Positions 37,436 through 48,192 of a DNA stretch of 64,000 bases are shown here, piece after piece. The stretch spans positions 32,505 to 96,504 of the forward strand of contig CAIRNR010000006.1 of assembly GCA_903879985.1 (NCBI GenBank), given 5' to 3'. A program made the translations under genes and the position numbers. The notes under the pieces are model-generated. The model was not told the origin of the DNA, searched no databases, and saw only the letters and a program-made list of their open reading frames with translations. This stretch comes from an uncultured candidate division WWE3 bacterium (GTDB taxonomy: Bacteria; Patescibacteriota; WWE3; UBA101185; UBA10185). Each line of letters begins with the position of its first letter. Position 1 is the first letter of the stretch.

Positions 37436-38983
37436 ATGAAGCGAACACAACTTTTAATTATATTACTAGTAACTGCTGTTCTATTTGCTATTCTTTTCCC
37501 TATTTCATCGAGAATTAATTTTTATCAAAACGATGACTGGATATATTACCGAACCGTAAAAGATTTTATGCATGGCTATTTTATAATAAATGGCTACATT
37601 GAAACTTCTTTTTACACTCAGGGGTTTTTAGGTTTGGGTTTCGCAAAACTTTTTGGACTTCAACATCTACCTGTACTTACGCTAATATTTTCGGTTCTTA
37701 ACTTTGGCATTTTCACTTTAATTTTAAATAAGTTTTATGTTAAAAAAACGCTGGATGCCATTTTAATTGGCCTGATTTTCTTTTTATCGCCATTGCACAT
37801 TTACGCAACCTTAGGATTTATGACCGACAATTATTTTTTGTTTTTTGCACTAGTGGCGATATACCTTATGGAAGAATTCCTTCACACTAAAAAGCAAATT
37901 TATCTAATACCTTTTTTTGTTGTAATTCTGCTGGGCTTTTTTGTCCGCCAATTGGAAATAGCAGTTCCTGTTACATTAGTCGCGTATTTGTTTATTACAA
38001 AAGAATTTAAACAGGCGCTAAAAGTAGGAATTCCAACCGCAATTTTACTAATATACTATTTCTTTTTTTACGGAAAAACCGAAGCAATGGCACAAAATCA
38101 GAACTTTGTGATTTCAAACCTTTTAGATTTTCAATATACTTTTGACACCATTTATGTCTCTTTATTTTATGCGGTATGTTTTATTTTACCCATCACAATC
38201 TTTTTACCATTTTATAATAGAGAAAAATTAAAAAGACCAGTTTACATAGTGCTATTTATAGCGGCAGTTATAGGTGTTTATTTTGCAATAACATTTTTTT
38301 ATAAACCTACCAGATTTTACATGCCTGAAATGTTCTATTTAAAAAACACAGTTACAAAAACAGGCTTTTTTACAAGCGAAAGTTTGGGAAAACACGCAAC
38401 TATAATAGGGGATAACACTTTGTATTTTTACTGGCGACTAATAACCAATATTACTTTGGCAATAACGATTGTGTGTCTGCTGCTAACCAAAAAAAAGCTT
38501 CTAAATTACTACACGGTTTTTGGTGTTTTATACATTGGTTTAATGTGTGTTATGCAAGATTTGTACGATAGATATTTTTTAATATTAATTCCCGTAATCA
38601 TACTGGCAATCATAAACGCGTCTTCACAATTTAAGCTTAATTGGTGGATACGCACAGTCTTTATTGTGTTTATCGCGACCATGACCTTTTATTTATACAA
38701 CATAAGCATGGACTTTTTACTTACAAACAATAGTGTGTGGCAAAAATCAAATGATTTAGTCGTCACAACCAACGTTAAACCAACACTTATTGGCGCAGGA
38801 TCAGGATGGCAAAGAACGTATTTTAATCCAACAGCAAGATATAAATATGTGTTTATGTTTAAGAGTCTTCCCGAAACGCCCTCAATGCAGATTACATTTC
38901 AACCTTACGATTCTTATAATATCTGGTACCCATTTGATTTTTATTCTAGCCATAATATATATGTATATAAGAGGCGTCTTTAA
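37436..38983 (+). CDS. Polytopic membrane protein, GT-C-like glycosyltransferase candidate
   Basis: At least 12 TM segments, with an acidic motif QNDDWIYY in the first loop after TM1. Confidence 0.45.
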   Translation: MKRTQLLIILLVTAVLFAILFPISSRINFYQNDDWIYYRTVKDFMHGYFIINGYIETSFYTQGFLGLGFAKLFGLQHLPVLTLIFSVLNFGIFTLILNKFYVKKTLDAILIGLIFFLSPLHIYATLGFMTDNYFLFFALVAIYLMEEFLHTKKQIYLIPFFVVILLGFFVRQLEIAVPVTLVAYLFITKEFKQALKVGIPTAILLIYYFFFYGKTEAMAQNQNFVISNLLDFQYTFDTIYVSLFYAVCFILPITIFLPFYNREKLKRPVYIVLFIAAVIGVYFAITFFYKPTRFYMPEMFYLKNTVTKTGFFTSESLGKHATIIGDNTLYFYWRLITNITLAITIVCLLLTKKKLLNYYTVFGVLYIGLMCVMQDLYDRYFLILIPVIILAIINASSQFKLNWWIRTVFIVFIATMTFYLYNISMDFLLTNNSVWQKSNDLVVTTNVKPTLIGAGSGWQRTYFNPTARYKYVFMFKSLPETPSMQITFQPYDSYNIWYPFDFYSSHNIYVYKRRL

Positions 38984-39006
38984 TAGTACAATACCCAACA
39001 TACTGT

Positions 39007-40128
39007 ATGAATACTAAATTGAGTTCACTTACAATTTTTTTTCCTTTTTACAACGACTCGGGAACAGTAGAAGAATCTATAGATTTGGCTTACAAAATAG
39101 GCCGTGAATATACAGATGATTTGGAAGTTATAGCAATCCACGGCGGTCCATCAAAAGACGATACATTCGACAAAATTAAAGAAATGCAAAAAAAATATCC
39201 CAAACTTGTTATTGTAGACAAAACTGATAACACCGAAGGCTATGCTGTAATAAAAAACGGCTTTAACGCAGCAACAAAAGATTGGGTGTTTTATACCGAC
39301 GGCGACCGACAATATCACATGGAAAACGATTTTCAAAAGCTTGTAAAAGCACAGTTTAAAACAGATGCCGATATTGTGAACGGTTATAAAAAAGAGCGTG
39401 GTGACAACGTTGTACGACTATTTCTTGGAAACGCGTACGCAACAATAAGCTCGCTTTTATTTGAACTTCCAATCCGCGACACCGACTGCGATTTCCGACT
39501 TATGCGCATGTCAAAAATGAAAAAAATAACATTGGAAAGCCACGACGCATCAATATTACCCGAGCTTATTAAAAAACTTCAAATCGCCGGTGCCAAATTT
39601 ACAGAAGTGCCTGTTAGTCATTTCGAAAGAGTTTACGGAAAATCTAATTACACAGCTTTTAGTTTGCTCAAAGAGAAAGTGCTTGGCGACTTTAAGTTGT
39701 ACATGAAAATGAGAAAAATAAAAAAAGGTGGCGGTTACCGCATAATTTCTTTTGGAATGATCGGCGTTGTAAGCGTTGTTTTACAAACCGTAAGTTTTAA
39801 CTTTTTACTTTTGTTTTCGGCAATACAACCTGCGGCTGCCACAGTTTTGTCAGATCAACTTGTTATTGTGATTTCGTTTATCTTAAATAACTCACTAACA
39901 TTTCGAAACAAGCTGGCACTTCAAGCATCATTGCTAAAAAAATTCGTTCAGTTTTATATTACAGTTATTGTGTCAACGCTTGTCCAAGCTCTAATTGTAT
40001 ATATAGGAACTTCAATGTTTGGAAATAATATTATCGTTTCAAATGTTTCGTTTGTAATTGGCTTGGGAATCGGCTTTTTGTGGAACTACACTATTCAAAG
40101 TAGAATCATTTGGAAAAAGCAGGGTTAA
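39007..40128 (+). CDS. GT2 polyprenyl-phosphate glycosyltransferase (DPM/ArnC/GtrB-like) fused to a C-terminal GtrA-like 4-TM domain
   Basis: FFPFYNDSGTVEESI, a DxD-like YTDGDRQYH, and a C-terminal run of TM helices. Confidence 0.7.
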   Translation: MNTKLSSLTIFFPFYNDSGTVEESIDLAYKIGREYTDDLEVIAIHGGPSKDDTFDKIKEMQKKYPKLVIVDKTDNTEGYAVIKNGFNAATKDWVFYTDGDRQYHMENDFQKLVKAQFKTDADIVNGYKKERGDNVVRLFLGNAYATISSLLFELPIRDTDCDFRLMRMSKMKKITLESHDASILPELIKKLQIAGAKFTEVPVSHFERVYGKSNYTAFSLLKEKVLGDFKLYMKMRKIKKGGGYRIISFGMIGVVSVVLQTVSFNFLLLFSAIQPAAATVLSDQLVIVISFILNNSLTFRNKLALQASLLKKFVQFYITVIVSTLVQALIVYIGTSMFGNNIIVSNVSFVIGLGIGFLWNYTIQSRIIWKKQG

Positions 40129-40171
40129 AAAGCTCCGTGTTTACGTTAGCACCTAAGTTAACGCGGCGACG

Positions 40172-41674
40172 CTAGGCTAAAGCTTCAAACTTATTCATCA
40201 CCTCAACCACTTTATAAATTTCAGCCTCAGTATTCGAATACGAAATAGGCAAACTCAAAATTGTTTCGTGAATCTTTTCGGCTATTGGATAATCTCCTGT
40301 TAAAATTCCTTGCATAGCTTTTTGTTTATGAGGAGGAAGCGGGTAGTGAATATCGGTTTTTATACCGTTATCCAGCAAATATTTTTTAAGTTCATCTCGG
40401 CGCTCGTGACGAATCGCGTAAATATGATAAACATCAAAGTAATCGTCATCAACAATAGGTTTTATAAATTTATCACTTAGATTTTTATTATAAATATCAG
40501 CTAGTTTTCGTTTATGGGCATTGATTTTGTCTAAACTCTTTAACTTAACCGACAAAAATCCTGCTTGTACTTCATCGAGTCTGGAATTTATTCCAACATA
40601 ATCGTTGTAATACTTTTTAAATGAACCATAGTTGCGCAAAGCCATAACTTTGTCGTAATACATATAATTTTTGCAAATAACGGCACCCGCATCACCTAAG
40701 GCACCAAGATTTTTTGTTGGGTAAAAACTGAACGCACCAAAATCACCAAATGTTCCGGTTTTAACGCCTTTGTACATAGCACCATGGGATTGCGCGCAGT
40801 CTTCGATAACAACTAAACCGTTATCGTTTGCAATCTTTAAAATCGGCGTCATATCGCAGGATTTGCCGTACAGGTGCACGGGCATTATAGCTTTTGTTTT
40901 TTTGGTTATTTTCTCAGCAATTTTTGTCGGGTCGATGTTGTAGGTAGTTATATCGGGCTCAACTAAAACAGGTTTTAGGCCGGCATTAAGTATGGCTAAA
41001 ATAGTAGCAATATACGTATTGGAAGGAACTATAACTTCGCTGTCAGCAGGCATGTCTAAATTTTTTAATGCTAACAACGAAAGTGTAAGTGCGTCCAAAC
41101 CGTTAGCTACACCTAGACATTTTCCTGATTGCAAATAGTTTTGAAATTCTTGTTCAAAGTTTTTTACGTTATTACCTAAAACAAAATATCCGGAGTTTAA
41201 AACTTCATCAAACTTTGCTTTGTAATCATTCATAAATTCTTTGTTAACCTTGTATAAGTTTTCGTATTCAATAAAGTCCGGGTATTCGTCGTCAATGTAA
41301 TCTTGTAAATTATAAAGTTCGGATGATAGAACTAATAAAACAGATGTTTCATCCAAACCAACCATTGTGTGCCAATCAGCAGGTTCTAAAAGTAAACAAT
41401 CATCAGGAGAACTTAAAACGTATGTTTCTTTTTTAACACCATTATTAGTGTAAATGCTGTAAGAACCGGACGTGCAAATTAAAGCTTGTCGTGTTTTTAT
41501 ATGTCTATGCCCACCTCGTTCAACGTGATTACTTCCGTAAATATAAAAAACTCTTTTTACTTCAAAGGGAATATCTTTGTTATTTTCTAAAATGGATAAA
41601 TATCCTCGTGCAACGTCTGCTGCTTCGCCAGTTCTTTTTGTTGTGTACGTTCTTATCTTTATAAGCTTAGCCAT
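40172..41674 (-). CDS. Bifunctional FdtA/WxcM-like cupin (sugar 3,4-ketoisomerase) fused to a DegT/DnrJ/EryC1/StrS PLP-dependent sugar aminotransferase
   Basis: N-terminal cupin [23 protein letters not shown]...; C-terminal aminotransferase with the PLP-lysine context [17 protein letters not shown]. Confidence 0.7.
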   Translation of the reverse strand: MAKLIKIRTYTTKRTGEAADVARGYLSILENNKDIPFEVKRVFYIYGSNHVERGGHRHIKTRQALICTSGSYSIYTNNGVKKETYVLSSPDDCLLLEPADWHTMVGLDETSVLLVLSSELYNLQDYIDDEYPDFIEYENLYKVNKEFMNDYKAKFDEVLNSGYFVLGNNVKNFEQEFQNYLQSGKCLGVANGLDALTLSLLALKNLDMPADSEVIVPSNTYIATILAILNAGLKPVLVEPDITTYNIDPTKIAEKITKKTKAIMPVHLYGKSCDMTPILKIANDNGLVVIEDCAQSHGAMYKGVKTGTFGDFGAFSFYPTKNLGALGDAGAVICKNYMYYDKVMALRNYGSFKKYYNDYVGINSRLDEVQAGFLSVKLKSLDKINAHKRKLADIYNKNLSDKFIKPIVDDDYFDVYHIYAIRHERRDELKKYLLDNGIKTDIHYPLPPHKQKAMQGILTGDYPIAEKIHETILSLPISYSNTEAEIYKVVEVMNKFEALA

Positions 41675-41722
41675 ATTTTGTTGGTACAGTATATCACCGC
41701 GTTTTGTGAAAACAATGCGGCT

Positions 41723-42985
41723 CTATTCTTTTTCAGCTGTGTCTATTCCAACGTACTTTGCTAAAACTTTAATTTCTCGATCCGCAAAATTTTGTTTTTT
41801 AAGCAGTTGCATACCAATAGCACCCCAACGACTTTTAACTATTTCTTTAGCAATAATATCAAGCTCAGGTCCAGATAAAGGTAGCTTTTGTATAACAACA
41901 TTTGGAAAGCCATAGTTAACAATACGTTCGCCATATTGCACTAACAAGTTGTTGGGAATATCCGCAGGAAACCTTAAAACAATTAAATTATTTTCATTAT
42001 CACCACCAGTTTCAGAGCCACCGATAAGGTCCCGCACAGTATCAATAAATGCGACTTCCTTTGCAACATCAGCACCTAAAGTAAATGATTCCATTGAAGC
42101 ACCTGCATAAGTTCTGCCAAAATCCGAGGCCTTACCGGTATACTGCACAGCGCCTGTGGGACTATTACGCGTAAGTTCCAGTAATCTGCTTAACTCATCA
42201 GCCGTATAAGCTTTGACTTCAACAACGCCGACACCCGCACCTTCAGCATTTACTAATATGCCATCCGGTATAACTGTGGAAGCAAATATTTCTCCAGCAG
42301 GAAATTTTCCCTTACCTTCTTTTACTTCACCGTAGACCATACCTTCTTTAAACTCCCTGGTAATAGTTTCTTCCGTACGTGCCAAATACTCTTGAAGTAG
42401 TCTTTGACGTTCTTCGTATGAAACTTTTGGTGCGTGATTTTTACGGCGTTCTTCCTCAAATTTTTCAATTAATATTTTGTTATGCAATGGATCGGCACCA
42501 AACAAATGCATCGGGTGTTCTTCAAAAGATGTGTTAAGGGCTGTTCCTAAAACATCACCTTTTCTGTTTGTAGGCGATTCAACATAATCTCGGGGTGAAA
42601 TTATATTTAAATCTGCCAGAGGGATCTCACGTGAAGAATATACAGTTTCAGCCATTGAAACTGGCAAACGATCACCAACATATTCAGCAAAAAAACCTCT
42701 AAGACCACCAACCATACGTTGCGTGGAAGCTTCTTCATTCCATGGAATACCTTTAACCCTACTAAAACTTAGTGACCACTTCAACCTCGAAAGTGTCTCT
42801 TCACAAGCGCCTTCATCCTTTAAAACTTCGGTATAAATTTTCTGTGCAAATTCTTGCTTAGCCTCGTCTGAAGAAATTGGTGCTTCTGTCGCAACAGGTA
42901 ACTGATCTAAAGACATGTTTATAGGTGTAGTCATACAAAAATTATGACTGTATACTAAACCTATGTCAAAACTTGTTATAAACAT
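41723..42985 (-). CDS. Hypothetical protein (420 aa)
   Basis: ORF only; no confident motif. Confidence 0.4.
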   Translation of the reverse strand: MFITSFDIGLVYSHNFCMTTPINMSLDQLPVATEAPISSDEAKQEFAQKIYTEVLKDEGACEETLSRLKWSLSFSRVKGIPWNEEASTQRMVGGLRGFFAEYVGDRLPVSMAETVYSSREIPLADLNIISPRDYVESPTNRKGDVLGTALNTSFEEHPMHLFGADPLHNKILIEKFEEERRKNHAPKVSYEERQRLLQEYLARTEETITREFKEGMVYGEVKEGKGKFPAGEIFASTVIPDGILVNAEGAGVGVVEVKAYTADELSRLLELTRNSPTGAVQYTGKASDFGRTYAGASMESFTLGADVAKEVAFIDTVRDLIGGSETGGDNENNLIVLRFPADIPNNLLVQYGERIVNYGFPNVVIQKLPLSGPELDIIAKEIVKSRWGAIGMQLLKKQNFADREIKVLAKYVGIDTAEKE

Positions 42986-43346
42986 TCAAAAAGAATCCTT
43001 AGAAAATAATTATTTCCGTAGAGTAGTTACCACGTCGCCAAACAGTCAGCTTGTAGTTATGTCCTTAAAACCAATGGAAGAAATTGGTATGGAGGTTCAC
43101 GTTGTTGATCAATTTTTTAGAGTAGAGCAGGGAAGTGGAAAAGCAGTTTTAGATGGTGAAGAATTCGTTTTAGAAAATGATTTTGCCGTAGTTATTCCTG
43201 CTGGAACCCAACATAATATTATAAATACTTCGGCGACCGAAGAAATGAAACTGTATACCATATATAGTCCGGCACATCATACCGACGGCATGGTTCATAA
43301 AACCAAAGAAGATGCTAAAGCGGATGAAGCAGAAGAAATTAATTAG
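42963..43346 (+). CDS. Cupin domain protein
   Basis: MEVHVVDQFFRVEQGSG...VVIPAGTQHNIINTS, a two-His cupin motif pattern. Confidence 0.5.
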   Translation: MSKLVINIQKESLENNYFRRVVTTSPNSQLVVMSLKPMEEIGMEVHVVDQFFRVEQGSGKAVLDGEEFVLENDFAVVIPAGTQHNIINTSATEEMKLYTIYSPAHHTDGMVHKTKEDAKADEAEEIN

Positions 43347-43353
43347 TTTATAA

Positions 43354-44262
43354 ATGCCCGTGTCTACAAAAACATATTGGATAAAATTGGGAATACTTTC
43401 TTTTCTACTCGCACTAGAAACGTACGGTTTGGTTTTTGTTATCGACCAATTCGTTTTAACCCAAAATTACTTTGGTATTGATTGGCAATTTACCTTAATA
43501 TCCATGCTACTAATGTTGGCAATTTTGCACACGTACGCCTTAACCATGGGCGCTTGGAATCAGTTTTCCCACAGCATTATTCCTGCCACCGGAATTTCCT
43601 TAGGTATTTTTGCAGCACTTTTCACACACAGCCTGTATTACACCAGCTTAATCACAGTATTTTCGTGGTTAATCTTGGTTTACGACGGTTATCAGTCGTA
43701 CAAAACTAAGAACATGCTTATTAAGTTTGATCCAAGGTTGATATTTTCGATTAGTGCACAAGGAATACTTTTAATAGTAAGTCTTTTAGCCGGGGTATTA
43801 GTGCTTTTTGAATCAGCAGGTATAACAACAGTAGATATTAGTAAAAAAGTCACAGCGTTGGTCTCACAGCCCGTAAAAACAGCGGTTGAAGCACAGCTAA
43901 AGAATCAATTTGATACTCAAATGAATAACTTCGGCGGAACCTTTGGCTCGGACGCACTTCAAAATATTCTCTCAACCTACGGTATTTCTACAGACAATGC
44001 TGATTCCTTTGTAACAACAGAGAATCTTGGGATAAACTTTGATCAAATTATTCAAGACCAAATAAATAAAGTATTGGCACCATACCAAGCTTTTATTTTA
44101 CCGGTTATAGCCCTGATTATATTCGGGCTATTACAGTTTATGGCGTTTTTTGTGATGATTTTATTTAAAATGACCAGCGGAATGGTGTTTTCGGCAGCTA
44201 TTGCCACGGGATTGCTGCACAAAAGTACGATAACGGTTCAAAAGGAAGAGTTAAACTTTTAA
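43354..44262 (+). CDS. Hypothetical membrane protein
   Basis: Multiple TM helices; no motif. Confidence 0.4.
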   Translation: MPVSTKTYWIKLGILSFLLALETYGLVFVIDQFVLTQNYFGIDWQFTLISMLLMLAILHTYALTMGAWNQFSHSIIPATGISLGIFAALFTHSLYYTSLITVFSWLILVYDGYQSYKTKNMLIKFDPRLIFSISAQGILLIVSLLAGVLVLFESAGITTVDISKKVTALVSQPVKTAVEAQLKNQFDTQMNNFGGTFGSDALQNILSTYGISTDNADSFVTTENLGINFDQIIQDQINKVLAPYQAFILPVIALIIFGLLQFMAFFVMILFKMTSGMVFSAAIATGLLHKSTITVQKEELNF

Positions 44263-44270
44263 GCCTCCCG

Positions 44271-44993
44271 TTAACCTTCAATGCTTTGCGCATTTTCCAA
44301 CCTATAATCACCAATTGCAGTACGAACCAAAGAAAACATAACACCTTCAGTTCCAAATGCCTTTGCAATATCTACAGCCAGCGAACGTATGTACGTTCCG
44401 GACGAGCAAGTTATTTTTATTTTAATCGTGGGAAGTAGCACAGCACCTTTATCCGTTACCACAGAAGTCTCATAAACGCCCAAATTTTGAATGTCAAATA
44501 TTGTTATGTGCTTAACAGGGAGCGCAATTCCTTCCATTCTGCCATGTCGGGCCTCTTTATATAAAACTTTGCCGTTAACTTTTTTGGCTGAATATGCAGG
44601 AGCTGTTTGGTCTTGCTCGCCGATAAAACTTTCTAATATGCTTCCAACTTTTTCCTGCACTTCCGTCATCGAAGGAATGTTGGCGGATAAAATCGGAATC
44701 TGTTCCATGTCATAAGTTTCAGAAAAAGCTCCAAGCACAACTTCCGAAATATATTCTTTGCGTTGTTCCATAAATTCAGTTTGTTTTTTTGTATCAGCGT
44801 CGGTAAGTATAAGCAGTACACCGGTAGCCAACGGATCAAGTGTTCCAGCATGTCCAATATGCTTTGTATTAAGTTTTTTTCTCATATAGGACACAACATC
44901 AAAGCTTGTCCATGTTCTTGGTTTGTTTATGTTTATGATCACGGGTTGATTATAGCGCACAACTTCTTTTTTATTGACTCCTTTCCCAAACAA
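44271..44993 (-). CDS. truB: tRNA pseudouridine(55) synthase
   Basis: HAGTLDPLATGVLLILT catalytic-Asp motif. Confidence 0.8.
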   Translation of the reverse strand: MFGKGVNKKEVVRYNQPVIININKPRTWTSFDVVSYMRKKLNTKHIGHAGTLDPLATGVLLILTDADTKKQTEFMEQRKEYISEVVLGAFSETYDMEQIPILSANIPSMTEVQEKVGSILESFIGEQDQTAPAYSAKKVNGKVLYKEARHGRMEGIALPVKHITIFDIQNLGVYETSVVTDKGAVLLPTIKIKITCSSGTYIRSLAVDIAKAFGTEGVMFSLVRTAIGDYRLENAQSIEG

Positions 44994-45182
44994 GCGTAAA
45001 AAATATATATGGTATTCGCCAGTCAGTTCTCAACTTTATTAACTACAACTACTACCCCTCAAAGGGGTTAATTTCGTAACTACAATTAAACTATACGTTT
45101 CAACCAATTTTCATATATATCCCTTACAGGGATGTACTCTCACCAACGTTCGAGTATAATTAGTTCAAAATAGGAAAACCTT

Positions 45183-46991
45183 ATGTCAGAACAAAAACAA
45201 AAAGTAATAGAAAAACTAATAAATGATCCATTAATGCCTTTAAGACATTCTGCAGAGCATGTACTTCACATGAGTATTGAGTCTTTGTACCCAGGTGCAA
45301 AAAAGGTTATGGGGCCCCCAATTGAAAACGGTTTCTACGGTGATTTTGATGTTGAAGCTAAAATTTCCCAAGAAGACTTTGAAAAGATTGAAGCACGCAT
45401 GCAGGAGATTATTAACGCCAAATTGTCTGTGATACTAAAAGAAGTATCCGCAGAAGACGCAAAGCAATTATTTAAAGACAATCAATACAAAATGGAGTTT
45501 GTGAACGAATTTGCTGGTCAGGGTAAAAACATTACAGTCTGTGAAATAGGTGATTCAACCTCAAAATTCCACGATGTAGACCTATGCGCCGGACCTCATA
45601 TTAACAATACAGGCGATATAAAAGCTTTTAAGATTCTAAACGTGGCAGGTGCCTACTGGCGAGGTGACGAAAAGAACAAAATGTTAACCAGAATTTACGC
45701 AACAGCCTTTGATTCCAAGGAAAATTTACAAAAATACCTGGATTTACAAGAAGAAATCAAAAAACGTGACCACCGCAAAATTGGTAAGGATATGGACCTT
45801 TTCGCCTTTTCTGATTTGGTAGGTAAAGGATTACCTTTGTTTACCGAAAGAGGAACAACTATTTACAGAGAGCTTTCCAGATTTGTCGTAGACGAAGAAA
45901 TAAAACGCGGCTACAAGCATGTACATACACCAAACGTCGCCAAAACCGATTTATATAGAAAATCAGGTCACTATCCTTATTACAAAGAAACTATGTATCC
46001 TCCAATGCAAATAGATGAAGACGAACTGATATTAAGGCCAATGACGTGCCCTCATCATTTTGCCTTATACATGAGTAAACCAAGAAGTTATAAAGAATTA
46101 CCTATTAGATATGCTGAATTAGCGCAACTTTACCGTTACGAGAAATCAGGTGAACTTACAGGTTTAATGCGTGTAAGAGAGTTTTGCTTAGCCGATTCAC
46201 ACAACTTTGTACGTAAAGAACAAGCAGCCGAAGAAATTGGATTAGTTCTTGATTTAATAGAAAGCTCCACAGGCGTTTTAGGCTTTAAAAAAGGCGAAGA
46301 CTACAGATATCGCTTATCCTTAGGCGACAGAAAAAACACCACAAAGTTCTATGATTCGCCAAGTGAATGGGATTATGCCGAAAACGTACTCAGAACTGTA
46401 TTAACCCAAAGAAATGCACCTTTTTACGAAGCTGAAGGCGAAGCCGCTTTCTATGGTCCAAAAATTGATATACAACTAGACAACGTTACAGGTAAAGAAG
46501 AAACGGCTTTTACAGTACAATATGACTTTGTTTTACCAAAACGATTTGAACTTGAATACGTAAACGAAAAGAACGAAATGGACCAACCGGTAGTCATTCA
46601 CAGATCGTCAATTGGAGCTATCGAAAGAACAATGGCATTTATGATCGAAAAATACGCAGGAGCATTCCCGGTTTGGCTTTCACCTCAACAGGTAGCTATA
46701 ATACCTATAGGCGAAAAGCATTTAGAGTATGCACAAAAGGTTGAACAGTTGTTTAGAGAAAAAAACATAAGAGTTTCGGTAGATTCAAGAAACGAGCCAA
46801 TGAACGCCAAAATACGAAATGCGCAAACCCTAAAAGTGCCTTATATGTTGATAATAGGGGATAGAGAAGTGGAAAATGGTACAGTTAGCGTAAGATTAAG
46901 AACCGAAGAAAACTTGGGAGCAAAGCCTATAGCCGAAGTTGTGGCTAAGGTAAGCGAAATGTATTTGACCAAGAGCCTATATTTATGGTAA
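45183..46991 (+). CDS. thrS: Threonine--tRNA ligase (no N-terminal TGS domain; editing-domain HxxxH present)
   Basis: RHSAEHVLHMS, RDHRKIGKDMDLF, class II motifs and a C-terminal anticodon-binding domain. Confidence 0.85.
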   Translation: MSEQKQKVIEKLINDPLMPLRHSAEHVLHMSIESLYPGAKKVMGPPIENGFYGDFDVEAKISQEDFEKIEARMQEIINAKLSVILKEVSAEDAKQLFKDNQYKMEFVNEFAGQGKNITVCEIGDSTSKFHDVDLCAGPHINNTGDIKAFKILNVAGAYWRGDEKNKMLTRIYATAFDSKENLQKYLDLQEEIKKRDHRKIGKDMDLFAFSDLVGKGLPLFTERGTTIYRELSRFVVDEEIKRGYKHVHTPNVAKTDLYRKSGHYPYYKETMYPPMQIDEDELILRPMTCPHHFALYMSKPRSYKELPIRYAELAQLYRYEKSGELTGLMRVREFCLADSHNFVRKEQAAEEIGLVLDLIESSTGVLGFKKGEDYRYRLSLGDRKNTTKFYDSPSEWDYAENVLRTVLTQRNAPFYEAEGEAAFYGPKIDIQLDNVTGKEETAFTVQYDFVLPKRFELEYVNEKNEMDQPVVIHRSSIGAIERTMAFMIEKYAGAFPVWLSPQQVAIIPIGEKHLEYAQKVEQLFREKNIRVSVDSRNEPMNAKIRNAQTLKVPYMLIIGDREVENGTVSVRLRTEENLGAKPIAEVVAKVSEMYLTKSLYLW

Positions 46992-47020
46992 TTTATCTTG
47001 CGCTTAGGAGGAATTGACTT

Positions 47021-47527
47021 ATACAACCACAACATTTATTAAACGAACGAATTAGAGAACCACAATTAATGGTAATTGATGACAATGGTAAGAGCTTGGG
47101 AGTAATGGTTACTAAAGAAGCAATCGCAGCTGCAAGAGCTAAAGATCTTGACCTGTTAGTTGTTGCTCCAAACGCACAGCCTCCAGTGGCACGTTTTGTT
47201 AATTTCGCAAAGTTCTTATACGACGAGCGAAAAAAGGCAAGCGCTGCAAGAGCTAAAAGCAAAAAGAGTGAGCTTAAAGAACTAAGATTTGGCCCACGAA
47301 CAGGTGATGGAGACATAAACCGATTTATCGAAAGAGCAAAAGGTTTCATTGAAAACGGCGATAGAGTTAAGATAACAGTTAAAATGCGAGGCCGTGAAGC
47401 AATGTTTCCGGAAGTAGCAATGGAAAAGTTAAAAAAAGTTGAGGTAGGGCTTAGCGAAGTAGCAAAACCCGAAGCTCCAATCAAAAACATTGGCGGAATG
47501 CTCTGGCAAGTTTTTGTAGGTAAATAA
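47021..47527 (+). CDS. infC: Translation initiation factor IF-3, probable non-AUG (AUA) start
   Basis: The in-frame extension upstream of ATG 47069 reads IQPQHLLNERIREPQLMVIDDNGKSLGV, matching the IF3 N-terminus (..INE.IRA.EVRLI..DG.QLGV). A strong AGGAGG lies 9 nt before ATA 47021. Confidence 0.65.
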   Translation: MQPQHLLNERIREPQLMVIDDNGKSLGVMVTKEAIAAARAKDLDLLVVAPNAQPPVARFVNFAKFLYDERKKASAARAKSKKSELKELRFGPRTGDGDINRFIERAKGFIENGDRVKITVKMRGREAMFPEVAMEKLKKVEVGLSEVAKPEAPIKNIGGMLWQVFVGK

Positions 47528-47537
47528 GGACAATATT

Positions 47538-47768
47538 ATGCCAAAAATGAAAACAAGAAAAACATTAACAAAAAGAGTAAGAGTAACCAAAAATGGTTAT
47601 TTAGTAATGAAACAGACCAGAATGGGTCACTTAAAAAGAAAATTTGATTCGAGTAGAAAATTTAGAAAGAATAAACTAGTATCACAACCAAACGCTGGCC
47701 ACGTAAAAGTCATTAAAAGAATGTTGGTCAAGTTGGGTAGAGGAGTAAAAATACATGCCAAGAGTTAA
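47538..47768 (+). CDS. rpmI: 50S ribosomal protein L35
   Basis: MPKMKTRKTLTKRVRVTKNG... Confidence 0.85.
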   Translation: MPKMKTRKTLTKRVRVTKNGYLVMKQTRMGHLKRKFDSSRKFRKNKLVSQPNAGHVKVIKRMLVKLGRGVKIHAKS

Positions 47769-48114
47769 AGGTGGAACACGCACAAGAAGAATACATAAAA
47801 AAGTTCTTAAGTTAGCTAAAGGCTACCGAGGAACAAGAAGCAGACTCTTTAAGAGAGCTAATGAGGCAGTTATAAGAGCCGGTGAACATGAATTTGCAGG
47901 ACGAAAACAAAGAAAAAGAGATATCCGCAGATTATGGATTGTCAGAATTTCAGCCGCATTAATGGGTAAAGATATAATGTATAGTCGTTTTATCAACTAT
48001 TTAGGTAAAGCTAACATTACATTAAACAGAAAAACTTTATCCGAAATGGCTATTCACGATCCAAAAGCTTTTGATGCTATTGTTGAACAAGCTAAAGCAG
48101 CTGCAACAAATTAA
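47755..48114 (+). CDS. rplT: 50S ribosomal protein L20
   Basis: MPRVKGGTRTRRIHKKVLKLAKGYRGTRSRLFKRANEAV...; overlaps rpmI by 14 nt. Confidence 0.9.
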   Translation: MPRVKGGTRTRRIHKKVLKLAKGYRGTRSRLFKRANEAVIRAGEHEFAGRKQRKRDIRRLWIVRISAALMGKDIMYSRFINYLGKANITLNRKTLSEMAIHDPKAFDAIVEQAKAAATN

Positions 48115-48192
48115 TCGCTTAGCCGGATCTAACCTAAATTTCCTTTAAATAACATACTTGTAATCGTATTTGTAAAGCTATATCTTGTTCTA

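Noticed and set aside
44995-45182. Two short hairpins (CCCCT..AGGGG; ATCCCT..AGGGAT) in the thrS leader, considered as a T-box or operator
   Set aside because: No T-box consensus was recognised. Too short to call.
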